Assembly: GCA_900553985.1 (NCBI GenBank)
Contig: USFW01000001.1
Span: forward strand, 11,523 to 75,522
Source: an uncultured Clostridium sp.
GTDB lineage: Bacteria; Bacillota; Clostridia; TANB77; CAG-508
Direction: 5' to 3'
Length of the DNA: 64,000 bases
The notes below the pieces were generated by a model. The model saw only the letters and a program-made list of their open reading frames with translations, ran no database searches and was not told the DNA's origin. The first letter of the stretch is position 1; each line of letters opens with the position of its first letter. This document shows positions 1-8,792 of this stretch, piece after piece. The position numbers were made by a program, and so were the translations under genes.

Positions 1-84
1 TTCTATATAATCTACAACTTTATTTGATAACTCTTCTGGTAAACTTTCAATTACATTATATAATTCTTTTTGTTTCATTGTCAT
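1..84 (-). CDS. 5' end of a small ORF running off the window start (MTMKQKELYNVIESLPEELSNKVVDYIE...); partial
   Basis: Minus-strand ATG at 84 (alternative ATG at 78) preceded by a GGGAG RBS at ~94-98. Only ~28 codons are visible and there is no recognisable family. Confidence 0.25.
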   Translation of the reverse strand, partial: MTMKQKELYNVIESLPEELSNKVVDYIE

Positions 85-202
85 AATCATTCATCTCCCT
101 TTTTGAATTTATATTAATATTATACCACATTTTTGCTAAATTTCATTGATTTTTCAAATTCCTATCAATTTTTTATAACTTTCTATTACCTGTATTTTCT
201 TA

Positions 203-1126
203 TTAATTTCTTCTATCTATCGCATAACTACTTCCCATTACTGATTTTGCTGCATGTTTTACTTGTGCACCTATTTCTCCTATTTCAAGAATATTACTAA
301 ATCTACTTTTTTCTGCAACAACTACACCTATTGATATAGAGGTTAATGGAAATTGTTCAATTATTCCTTTTCTGTTTTCTACTTCAATATACCCTTTTTC
401 TATGTCTCCATCTGTAAAAAATTGCTTTACTTGATTGTCAAATATTGCTATTATATTTTGACATATCTTCTCACAATTTGTTGTTGGTACTATTGCTACA
501 AAGTCGTCTCCCCCAATATGTCCAACAAATGCACTTTCTTCTACATTTGCATGAACTCCTTTTAGTATTGTTTGTGCTGTAAATTCTATAATTTGGTCTC
601 CTTTTAAAAATCCATACACATCGTTATATGCTTTGAAATTATCCAAGTCCAAGTATAATACTGAAAAAGGCTCATTTTTAGATATTCTCTTTTTTAGTTC
701 TGCATGAATTTGTACATTACCTGGTAATCCTGTTAAAGGACTTATTCTTCTGTTAATTGATAATAATCTATTTAAATTTTTTACCGTATAGTACAAATAT
801 TCTTCATCTACTGGTTTTTTGATATAATATTCTATTGATTCTTTTAAAATTCTCATTCTATGTTCTTTTTCACTTCGAGATGAAACTACTATTACTGGAG
901 TTATTGTATTATCTTCATCTTTTCTTATTTGTCTACATAGATTTACAACATCTCTTTGAATAGCATCCTCATTTATTATTATCAATGCTGGTATATTTTT
1001 TAAAGCTACATCAATTTGCTCTGATTTTACACTTATGAATTTATATTCTTTATCATTTTTAAATAATTCTCTGAATATTACTATTGATGAATCATCATCA
1101 TCTATAATATAAATTTCTTGTTTCAT
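203..1126 (-). CDS. Response regulator with an N-terminal receiver (REC) domain and a C-terminal GGDEF (diguanylate cyclase-type) domain. The signature reads GGDDF rather than GG(D/E)EF.
   Basis: The N-terminus (MKQEIYIIDDDDSSIVIF...) is REC-like with acidic-pocket residues. The C-terminal half carries the GGDEF-family core ...FVGHIGGDDFVAIVP.... No RxxD I-site lies upstream of the motif. Confidence 0.7.
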   Translation of the reverse strand: MKQEIYIIDDDDSSIVIFRELFKNDKEYKFISVKSEQIDVALKNIPALIIINEDAIQRDVVNLCRQIRKDEDNTITPVIVVSSRSEKEHRMRILKESIEYYIKKPVDEEYLYYTVKNLNRLLSINRRISPLTGLPGNVQIHAELKKRISKNEPFSVLYLDLDNFKAYNDVYGFLKGDQIIEFTAQTILKGVHANVEESAFVGHIGGDDFVAIVPTTNCEKICQNIIAIFDNQVKQFFTDGDIEKGYIEVENRKGIIEQFPLTSISIGVVVAEKSRFSNILEIGEIGAQVKHAAKSVMGSSYAIDRRN

Positions 1127-1268
1127 TTAATCACACCCTAATTTCCAAAGTAAAATTATTATAACTTTTTAATAATAATTTTTTATTATAATACTTTTTA
1201 GTTTTAATAATTATTTTTATTTATATATCTTTTGCTATTTATATAGATTTAATTATCATTTACCTAAA

Positions 1269-2051
1269 TCATTCATTTTTATTTTTCTTATTTTTTAATT
1301 CTATTTTTCTATTTAATATATCTCTAAATTCTTTTGTATCAATTGCTGGGAATGCTCTTTTTAATCTATATACTCTTTTATATAATCTTCGTAATTCTCT
1401 ATTTTTCCTCTTATTTATTTTTTCAATTAATAATTGCAAATTTTCTGATGTTGTATTTTTTTCTTGATTTTGTTTCTTTATTTCTGCTAGTTTTTCTTTT
1501 ATTTGTTCATTTAATTTTTCTACTTTTTCTAATGTTCCTTTTATATTTTTAGTTTTTACAATACTGATTATAGCATCTGTTAAAATTAGTATTAATAGTA
1601 TAGGAACTATTATTTTTAAATATAATACATCAACATTTTTTAATAGATTTACTATAGCAGGATGTATAAAATCTATAAAAAGTACACCTAAAAATCCCCA
1701 AGCAATTGAGTTTGTTAAACAAATTCTTCCTTTATAATTAAATTTGTGATCTGAATAATCCCAATATTTTGTCTTAAATAATTTTTCTAATATTACTCCT
1801 ACTATATATTCCCATAAGCTTAAAAATATTATTGACATTATAAAAAGTAATATTTTAGAACTTGAAAAGTTCTTTAAAAAGAATATCATTATTATTGCCC
1901 CACATCCATATATAGGGCATATTGGACCTCTTAGAAAACCTGTATTTATTATTTTTTTCTCACAAAAACTTCTAAATATACTTTCTAAAACCCAACCTAA
2001 AAATGAATATATAATAAAATATGTTGATAATTCTAATAATTGTATCGACAT
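1269..2051 (-). CDS. Polytopic membrane protein, possibly DUF1113/CmpB-like, with a C-terminal K/E-rich coiled-coil tail
   Basis: There are about six predicted TM helices. Motifs FLGWVLE and GPICPIYGCGA resemble the GPxxPIYGxG signature of the putative ABC-transporter CmpB/DUF1113 family; that family name is recalled from memory, not searched. The last ~90 aa are K/E/N-rich. Confidence 0.45.
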   Translation of the reverse strand: MSIQLLELSTYFIIYSFLGWVLESIFRSFCEKKIINTGFLRGPICPIYGCGAIIMIFFLKNFSSSKILLFIMSIIFLSLWEYIVGVILEKLFKTKYWDYSDHKFNYKGRICLTNSIAWGFLGVLFIDFIHPAIVNLLKNVDVLYLKIIVPILLILILTDAIISIVKTKNIKGTLEKVEKLNEQIKEKLAEIKKQNQEKNTTSENLQLLIEKINKRKNRELRRLYKRVYRLKRAFPAIDTKEFRDILNRKIELKNKKNKNE

Positions 2052-2108
2052 TTATTTCCTTTCAATTAATTCTCTACACATAAATATGTAGAGAATTAAT
2101 ACTTGTAA

Positions 2109-3014
2109 TTATTTAGTTTTATTTGCTCTAGTTTTATCTGATTCAATTCCATCTAAATTGTATGCTATAATTTCAACTCTATTTTCCCCATCTTTTAATG
2201 GTAACTTTAATTTCATTTCTTTTTGTCCTTCATTTGCCGTTAAAGTTTTGTTTTCACCATTAATTATAAATTCTATTCTATCTAATCCTGAATCATCTGT
2301 AACTGTTATTAAAAAGTTTTCTTGTGCCTCATCTAATTTTACTTGTATTTTTGGTTTTACTACTCCTTTAACTTTTTGCTCTTTTGTTATAGTTTCATTA
2401 TTTTTATCTACTAGAATAACTGTTAAGGTATGCTCTCCCATTGGAATTTCTATTTCTTGCTCAACTGTTGTAGCATTTATATCAATTTTTTCTTCTTGCT
2501 CTTCATCCCATCTATATGTCATATATGAAATTTCTGTTTCTGCTTCTGCTGATACTTTAACTTTTCCATTATTTATTTCCATTTTTATTATATCTTCTGT
2601 TTCATATGTTTGCTCATTAGATATTTCCTGTCCTTCTATATCTGTAACAGAAACATGTAATTTATTAGTTCCTCCTGGTATCTCTATTTCTTGTTCTATA
2701 TATTTTCTTCCATTTCCAGTTATTATCTTTGATTCTTGTTCATTCCAACTATATTCTATTTTATCTATTGCTTTATCATGTGTTACTTTCAATAATACTG
2801 TTTTATCGTCTTTTTGTTCTTCCGTAATAGAAGGCTTTGTAGGAATGTTATTTTTATCTACTGATTTTTTATAAATCGCATATGAAGCTGTACTAATCAT
2901 TATAACTCCAAATATGATTAATATAATTGAAAAAAACTTTACAATAGTATTTATTTCTATTGGTCCACCTTTTTTATTTCTTTCTGAATTACTTGTAGAT
3001 AATATTTGATTCAT
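2109..3014 (-). CDS. Membrane-anchored secreted protein with three tandem ~70-aa Ig-like repeats
   Basis: An N-terminal TM/signal anchor (FFSIILIIFGVIMISTASYAIY) is followed by three repeats of the pattern ..IEYSW.E......EQEIEIP.G...L.V...D. The same repeat type occurs in the 1422-aa giant protein at 39859-44127. Confidence 0.55.
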   Translation of the reverse strand: MNQILSTSNSERNKKGGPIEINTIVKFFSIILIIFGVIMISTASYAIYKKSVDKNNIPTKPSITEEQKDDKTVLLKVTHDKAIDKIEYSWNEQESKIITGNGRKYIEQEIEIPGGTNKLHVSVTDIEGQEISNEQTYETEDIIKMEINNGKVKVSAEAETEISYMTYRWDEEQEEKIDINATTVEQEIEIPMGEHTLTVILVDKNNETITKEQKVKGVVKPKIQVKLDEAQENFLITVTDDSGLDRIEFIINGENKTLTANEGQKEMKLKLPLKDGENRVEIIAYNLDGIESDKTRANKTK

Positions 3015-3110
3015 ATACTCACCTCTATACCTTTCTTCAAAAAATTATATCATACCTAAAATTAAAAGTAAACATTATTCAAGTAAAATTCGATAACTTT
3101 AAAAAGAATT

Positions 3111-3160
3111 GATTTTACTGATTTTGGAGTCGTGATTTTGGGGTCGGAGACAAAAATCAT
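3111..3160. repeat. Copy 1 of the dispersed GC-rich palindromic element: 1.5 units, ctGATTTTGGagtcg + TGATTTTGGGGTCGGAGACAAAAATCAT
   Basis: Core ATGATTTTGGGGTCGGAGACAAAAATCAT is an imperfect palindrome. The same element recurs at 3341, 7463, 14411, 31092 and 59211. It is much more GC-rich than its surroundings. Confidence 0.8.
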
Positions 3161-3280
3161 TTACTTAAAATAAATATAAGAAAAGCTATTATAGGTCTTT
3201 TTAAAGGTTACTTTTACTTGTTGTATACAGAAAAATCCTATATAAGTTCAAGATAAAAGTCAATTTTTCCTACACAATAA

Positions 3281-3324
3281 AAAAACTAGAAATTTAACAT
3301 TTTAGTTAAATTTCTAGTTTTCAT
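3281..3324. terminator. Bidirectional rho-independent terminator downstream of adhesin paralogue A
   Basis: AACTAGAAATTT ... AAATTTCTAGTT perfect 12-bp stem flanked by an A-run 5' and a T-run 3'. Confidence 0.6.
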
Positions 3325-4670
3325 TATATTATAAACTTGAATGATTTTTGTCTCCGTCCCCAAAATCATTGAAAACATTTTTCTTTGGCTCCCAAAACAT
3401 GACTCCAAGGTTAGATTCCACAATTATTCTACATTACATATTTTTTTATTAAGAATATTCCTCCTGCTATTGTTACTAGTACTACTATTCCTAATCCTAC
3501 ATATGTTATTGCTTTACCTGTTTCTATTGATAATATTACTGGTGCATCATCTATATCATCTTCTCCTGGCTTTTTATTGTCTGGGGTTGAGTCTCTATCT
3601 GGTACTCCTTTGTCATTATAGTCTTTTGATATTTCTGCTATATTTGTTTTTAGTCCCATATTATCTTCTCTATTTATCCATGTTAATAACACTTCTACAT
3701 CTGCTGATTCTCCTGGTTGTAATAATGTGTTTTCTAATTTTGTTGTTGATATTATATTGTTTCCTTCATCTTTCCAATATGGATTATCTTCTGCTACAAA
3801 TTTTAACCCTTCTGGTACATAGTCTGTTATTTCTTTTACATATCCTGCTATGTCTCCTTCATTTGTTACTCTTATTGAGTATCTGAATTTTACTGTTACT
3901 TGATTTATGTCTTTTCTATATAATTCTACTTTTACTACTGGTTCTGGATCCATATCTGGTGTATGTCCTGTTTGAGTTACTGTTTGTTTTCCATCTTCTA
4001 TTACTATTGCTTCTGTTACCCATTTTCTTAATGCCAAGTCAAAATATCTTAATTTTATGTATTCTTTATCTTGGTCATCTTCTCCTTCTACCCATTTGTC
4101 TGGTGTTGAATCTTTATCTTCTACTGGATTTCCTTCTTTATCACTATCTTCTGATATTTGTGCTGAATTTATTATTACCTTATCTGATCCATTTGGTTCT
4201 ACTACTTCAAATGCTACCTCTATATCTCTATGATCTGGATTTGTTTCACTTATTTCTTCATTTTTATTAAATGCTTTTAATAAGTTTTCTCCTTCTTTTT
4301 CTTCTTGCTCTTTTGATAAGTAATCTGTTGTTATTTTTTCTGCTTCTTCTACATTTTCTGTCTCTTTTCCTTCTTTATCATACATTACCCATCTATATTT
4401 TACATTTGTTTCATTTTCTGGTAAGAATTTTAACCCATCTGGTATATCATCTGATACTAGTTGTGCATATCCATCAATATCTCCTTCGTTATATACTCTT
4501 ATTGTATAGGTTACTATATCTCCTGTTACTACATCCATTGGATCTTTTGGATGATTATATGTTATTTTGTCTTTTTCTTTATCATAACTTACTTCTGGTA
4601 TTCTTGTTGTTACATCTTTTCCATCTATATTTGTTATGAATTTTCTTAAGGCTAAGTCAAATTCTTGTAC
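3320..4670. repeat. Copy A of a ~1.35 kb near-identical direct duplication. It covers the 3' ~1.24 kb of adhesin gene A plus ~110 bp of downstream sequence.
   Basis: The nucleotide sequence is identical to 7442-8792 except for a handful of substitutions (for example 4431 and 4590-4600). The encoded C-terminal ~410 aa of the two proteins differ at only 2 residues. Confidence 0.85.
3341..3400. repeat. Copy 2 of the palindromic element (reverse orientation; variant CCGTCCCC) plus a degenerate half unit
   Basis: ATGATTTTTGTCTCCGTCCCCAAAATCAT is followed by tttggctcccaaaacat. With copy 1 it forms an inverted pair flanking ~180 bp. Confidence 0.75.
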
Positions 4671-7202
4671 TATAACTTTTTCAAAATCGTCATCATCTTC
4701 TTGTCCAGGAACATATTCTTTATTTATTTCTTCATCTTTATATGATGGTAGTTTTTCATCTGATGGTATTGTTATTTTACTTGGATCTGAATCTATATCA
4801 TCTACTTCTTTTCCGTTTGCATCAGCATCTTTAGTTATTGCAGCTATATTGGTTAATTTTTTGTTTGTTTCTGCTGTATTTTTTACTTTACAAGCTACTT
4901 GTAAATCTTTATAATCTAATTTCTCACCATCAAATGCTTTTATTAAATTTTTTCTTTCTGAATTTTCTTTAGCTTTTGATAAATAATCTGTTGTTATAGT
5001 TCTTCCGTCTTTTCCAAGTACCCATTCATATTTTTTATTTATAGCATTATCTGTTAAAAATTCTAATTCTTCTGGTAAAAAGTCTGTTACTTCTTCTACA
5101 TACCCATCTAATTGCCCTTCATTATATACTCTTATTGTATATATTATTATATCATTTTTAGCAACATAAAGTTCTTTTTTCGGATGATTATATACAGAAG
5201 TTGTATCTGTTTTATCTTTTAAATTTGTCACATCAACTTTTGGAACTCTATCATATTTTTTATCATTTACATTTGTTATAAATTTTCTTAATGATAGATC
5301 AAAGTTTTTTATTTTCTCATTTCCTACTTTTATTTTTATAGTATTTCCTTCTACCTTTACACTAGTTCCTTCTACTTGCCCTGTTTTTATTGTTGCATTT
5401 TTTAGTGTATATTTTCCATTACTATTTTGTTTTTCTACTTCTATTGTCATTGTGTCTAAAATTTTGTTATATCCTTCTGGGGCTTTTGTTTCTTTTACTT
5501 GTATTGTATCTTTTGTTGTTACATCTTCAATTTTTACTGTTCCTAAGTCTAAAATCCCATTTTCTCCTGTTCCCTTTTTAGTTGGCTCTTTTCCTGGTAA
5601 TGTTACTTCAAACTCTGCTCCTGCTAATTTTATTGATGGATCATCTTTGTCTACTTTTTCTAATTGTATTTGATAATTTCCTGTAATTTGTTCAATTCTT
5701 AATTTTTCAAAGTCATCGTCATCTTGCTCACCTTTATAGAAATAATTTGGGTCTTCTAATTCTGATTTATTTGAATTATTTCCTTTATATTCTGACATAT
5801 TATCTTTATTTACATTAGGTGCTGTTGTTGGCTCAGAATCTCTATCTGCCCCTTTTTGATTTGTTATTATTGTTCCATTTGCATCTACTTCTTCAGAAAT
5901 CCATGCTACATTTGTTAAAATTTTAGTTTCATTATTTGCTTCAACTGTACATTCAATTTCTATTGTTTCATATGCAATATTTTCTCCTGTATATGGTGCC
6001 AAATTATTGTTTTCTGTTTTAGTTATCGTTATTTTATTAGTTGCTTTATCATAATTTGCAGTATATCCTGTTGTATTTATCTTAGAATATACTAATCCTG
6101 TTGGTAATTGGTCAATTATCTTAGTTGCTCTACCTTCTATATCTCCTTCATTGTAAATTGTAAGATTATATGTAACAACATCTCCATTTTTTACTAAAAT
6201 AGGTTCTTTTCTATGTTTATATGTTGCTGTTGTTCCATTATCTAATGTAGTTTTATCTATTGAAGGATTTCTTGTATTGGTAACATTATTTCCATTTACT
6301 TTAGTTATATATTTTCTTAATGCTAAATCAAATTCCTGTGGAATTCTTTCTATATCCATTAATGGTTGTTCTTGATTATTTTTGCTTGATGCATATAATG
6401 TCAATTTTGATCTATGATTTGAATTACCTGAGTTTGCTTTTGCAGTATCAATTAAATATTTATATAATACTTCTGCTTGTTCTTGTCTTTGATGTCCAGC
6501 ACTTGCATTTGGTACTGTTCCTGTCGGATTATAATCACTTAAATTCTTATAAGTTGATCCATTTTCTGTATACCATAACCAAGCTGTATTACTATATTTA
6601 TCATATTTGTTTCCTTCTTCTCCATAATTAGTAAAATACCATATTGCGGCTTGTTGTACTGCTTTTATTTCATCATCTGTTATATCAAAATCATATGCTT
6701 CGTCATAAATTCCAGCATTATTAAGTAAAGTTGTTCTTTCTGATTGCTCAGATTGACCTGGTAAATATAATAGATCTGCCAAAGCTAATAGTTCATCATA
6801 ATGACCATTATTTACTAATCCATTTAATACTGAATTTTGTACTGCTATTTGCTGTTTGTCTTTTATCATATCAAATTTCAAGTCATATTCTGCTGTTTTC
6901 TTTGTATCACTAAATCCTACTCCTGCTTTTACACAATATACATTTACTTCAGTTGGATCTGCAAAATTAGAATTACTATATTTTACTATATTCCAAATTT
7001 TAGCTGCTGACCCTGTTACTCCATTTGTATTTGGATCTCCTATTGCATATCCTAAGTTTGGTGTTGATAAAGTTCTTAGTTCAGTTATTCCAAAATATAA
7101 TGGTGGTGACATTGTTTCTGCAATTACTGTACTAAACAATATTCCTGAAATTAAAAATAATATTAAAACTAAACTTACAATTATTAATCTACAATTTTTC
7201 AT
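3429..7202 (-). CDS. Large cell-surface adhesin, paralogue A. Domain order: signal peptide, candidate thioester (TQXA-type) domain, DUF11 module, CnaB-type domain, three further DUF11 (TIGR01451-like) modules, then a C-terminal sorting-signal-like tail (SIETG + TM + KKYVM).
   Basis: The likely true start is the ATG at 7202 (MKNCRLIIVSL...) with an AGGAGAG RBS 6 nt upstream; the ORF track extends to 7229. The mature N-terminus contains YCVKAG and IKAVQQAAIWYFTNYGEE, consistent with the Cys and TQxA(I/V)W Gln motifs of Gram-positive thioester domains. Segment YQIQLEKVDKDDPSIKLAGAEFEV...ETKAPEGYNK matches the CnaB-type consensus. The unit ...TYTIRVYNEGDIDGYAQLVSDDIPDGLKF... recurs and matches the DUF11/conserved-repeat domain. 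Each module is preceded by an acidic linker (EQDDDDFEK) and FDLALRK. Confidence 0.8.
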   Translation of the reverse strand: MKNCRLIIVSLVLILFLISGILFSTVIAETMSPPLYFGITELRTLSTPNLGYAIGDPNTNGVTGSAAKIWNIVKYSNSNFADPTEVNVYCVKAGVGFSDTKKTAEYDLKFDMIKDKQQIAVQNSVLNGLVNNGHYDELLALADLLYLPGQSEQSERTTLLNNAGIYDEAYDFDITDDEIKAVQQAAIWYFTNYGEEGNKYDKYSNTAWLWYTENGSTYKNLSDYNPTGTVPNASAGHQRQEQAEVLYKYLIDTAKANSGNSNHRSKLTLYASSKNNQEQPLMDIERIPQEFDLALRKYITKVNGNNVTNTRNPSIDKTTLDNGTTATYKHRKEPILVKNGDVVTYNLTIYNEGDIEGRATKIIDQLPTGLVYSKINTTGYTANYDKATNKITITKTENNNLAPYTGENIAYETIEIECTVEANNETKILTNVAWISEEVDANGTIITNQKGADRDSEPTTAPNVNKDNMSEYKGNNSNKSELEDPNYFYKGEQDDDDFEKLRIEQITGNYQIQLEKVDKDDPSIKLAGAEFEVTLPGKEPTKKGTGENGILDLGTVKIEDVTTKDTIQVKETKAPEGYNKILDTMTIEVEKQNSNGKYTLKNATIKTGQVEGTSVKVEGNTIKIKVGNEKIKNFDLSLRKFITNVNDKKYDRVPKVDVTNLKDKTDTTSVYNHPKKELYVAKNDIIIYTIRVYNEGQLDGYVEEVTDFLPEELEFLTDNAINKKYEWVLGKDGRTITTDYLSKAKENSERKNLIKAFDGEKLDYKDLQVACKVKNTAETNKKLTNIAAITKDADANGKEVDDIDSDPSKITIPSDEKLPSYKDEEINKEYVPGQEDDDDFEKVIVQEFDLALRKFITNIDGKDVTTRIPEVSYDKEKDKITYNHPKDPMDVVTGDIVTYTIRVYNEGDIDGYAQLVSDDIPDGLKFLPENETNVKYRWVMYDKEGKETENVEEAEKITTDYLSKEQEEKEGENLLKAFNKNEEISETNPDHRDIEVAFEVVEPNGSDKVIINSAQISEDSDKEGNPVEDKDSTPDKWVEGEDDQDKEYIKLRYFDLALRKWVTEAIVIEDGKQTVTQTGHTPDMDPEPVVKVELYRKDINQVTVKFRYSIRVTNEGDIAGYVKEITDYVPEGLKFVAEDNPYWKDEGNNIISTTKLENTLLQPGESADVEVLLTWINREDNMGLKTNIAEISKDYNDKGVPDRDSTPDNKKPGEDDIDDAPVILSIETGKAITYVGLGIVVLVTIAGGIFLIKKYVM

Positions 7203-7402
7203 ACTAATCTCTCCTATATAATATACCATATATATTATACCTTATTTTTGCATATTTTTCAATGCTATCCTCTATAATTGTCAGCATTTACAATTATTAT
7301 AGGATTTTTTTCTTAGGGATTTTTAATTTAAAACCTTTTTTACTTTTTTATTACAAAAATTTTTTGATAATAATTTTATAATTAGAAATTAAAACAAATA
7401 TA

Positions 7403-7446
7403 AAAACCAGAAATTCAGCTTTTTAAGTTGAATTTCTGGTTTTCAT
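7403..7446. terminator. Rho-independent terminator downstream of adhesin paralogue B
   Basis: ACCAGAAATTCAGC ... GTTGAATTTCTGGT is a 14-bp stem with one mismatch, followed by a T-run. It sits at the same position as the terminator after paralogue A. Confidence 0.6.
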
Positions 7447-8792
7447 TATATTATAAACTTGAATGATTTTTGTCTCCGTCCCCAAAATCATTGAAAACAT
7501 TTTTCTTTGGCTCCCAAAACATGACTCCAAGGTTAGATTCCACAATTATTCTACATTACATATTTTTTTATTAAGAATATTCCTCCTGCTATTGTTACTA
7601 GTACTACTATTCCTAATCCTACATATGTTATTGCTTTACCTGTTTCTATTGATAATATTACTGGTGCATCATCTATATCATCTTCTCCTGGCTTTTTATT
7701 GTCTGGGGTTGAGTCTCTATCTGGTACTCCTTTGTCATTATAGTCTTTTGATATTTCTGCTATATTTGTTTTTAGTCCCATATTATCTTCTCTATTTATC
7801 CATGTTAATAACACTTCTACATCTGCTGATTCTCCTGGTTGTAATAATGTGTTTTCTAATTTTGTTGTTGATATTATATTGTTTCCTTCATCTTTCCAAT
7901 ATGGATTATCTTCTGCTACAAATTTTAACCCTTCTGGTACATAGTCTGTTATTTCTTTTACATATCCTGCTATGTCTCCTTCATTTGTTACTCTTATTGA
8001 GTATCTGAATTTTACTGTTACTTGATTTATGTCTTTTCTATATAATTCTACTTTTACTACTGGTTCTGGATCCATATCTGGTGTATGTCCTGTTTGAGTT
8101 ACTGTTTGTTTTCCATCTTCTATTACTATTGCTTCTGTTACCCATTTTCTTAATGCCAAGTCAAAATATCTTAATTTTATGTATTCTTTATCTTGGTCAT
8201 CTTCTCCTTCTACCCATTTGTCTGGTGTTGAATCTTTATCTTCTACTGGATTTCCTTCTTTATCACTATCTTCTGATATTTGTGCTGAATTTATTATTAC
8301 CTTATCTGATCCATTTGGTTCTACTACTTCAAATGCTACCTCTATATCTCTATGATCTGGATTTGTTTCACTTATTTCTTCATTTTTATTAAATGCTTTT
8401 AATAAGTTTTCTCCTTCTTTTTCTTCTTGCTCTTTTGATAAGTAATCTGTTGTTATTTTTTCTGCTTCTTCTACATTTTCTGTCTCTTTTCCTTCTTTAT
8501 CATACATTACCCATCTATATTTTACATTTGTTTCATTTTCTGGTAAGAATTTTAATCCATCTGGTATATCGTCTGATACTAGTTGCGCATATCCATCAAT
8601 ATCTCCTTCGTTATATACTCTTATTGTATATGTTACTATATCTCCTGTTACTACATCCATTGGGTCTTTTGGATGATTATATGTTATTTTATCTTTTTCT
8701 TTATCATAACTTGCTTCAGGCACTCTTGTTGTTACATCTTTTCCATCTATATTTGTTATGAATTTTCTTAATGCTAAATCAAATTCTTGTAA
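7442..8792. repeat. Copy B of the ~1.35 kb near-identical direct duplication (3' end of adhesin gene B plus downstream sequence)
   Basis: See 3320-4670. The offset between the copies is 4122 bp. Confidence 0.85.
7463..7522. repeat. Copy 3 of the palindromic element (lies within the duplicated block; identical to copy 2)
   Basis: ATGATTTTTGTCTCCGTCCCCAAAATCAT + degenerate half unit. Confidence 0.75.

Noticed and set aside
2158-2874. 238-aa plus-strand ORF overlapping the 2109-3014 minus-strand gene
   Set aside because: It is Ser/Phe-rich low-complexity sequence. The minus-strand product has a signal anchor and three ordered repeats, so it is the real gene.
3111-3400. Possible CRISPR array suggested by the recurring GC-rich repeat
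   Set aside because: The copies are in mixed orientations, irregularly spaced, scattered over 56 kb, and not arranged as repeat-spacer units. No cas genes are present.
3341-8771. Numerous plus-strand ORFs (3341-3886, 3959-4639, 4461-4649, 7463-8008, 8081-8761 and others) with Leu/Phe/His-rich translations
   Set aside because: They are antisense to the K/E/D/N-rich adhesin genes. Their low-complexity hydrophobic translations are the mirror image of AT-rich, acidic codons on the minus strand. They have no RBS and no domain signatures, and they are duplicated only because the underlying minus-strand gene is duplicated.
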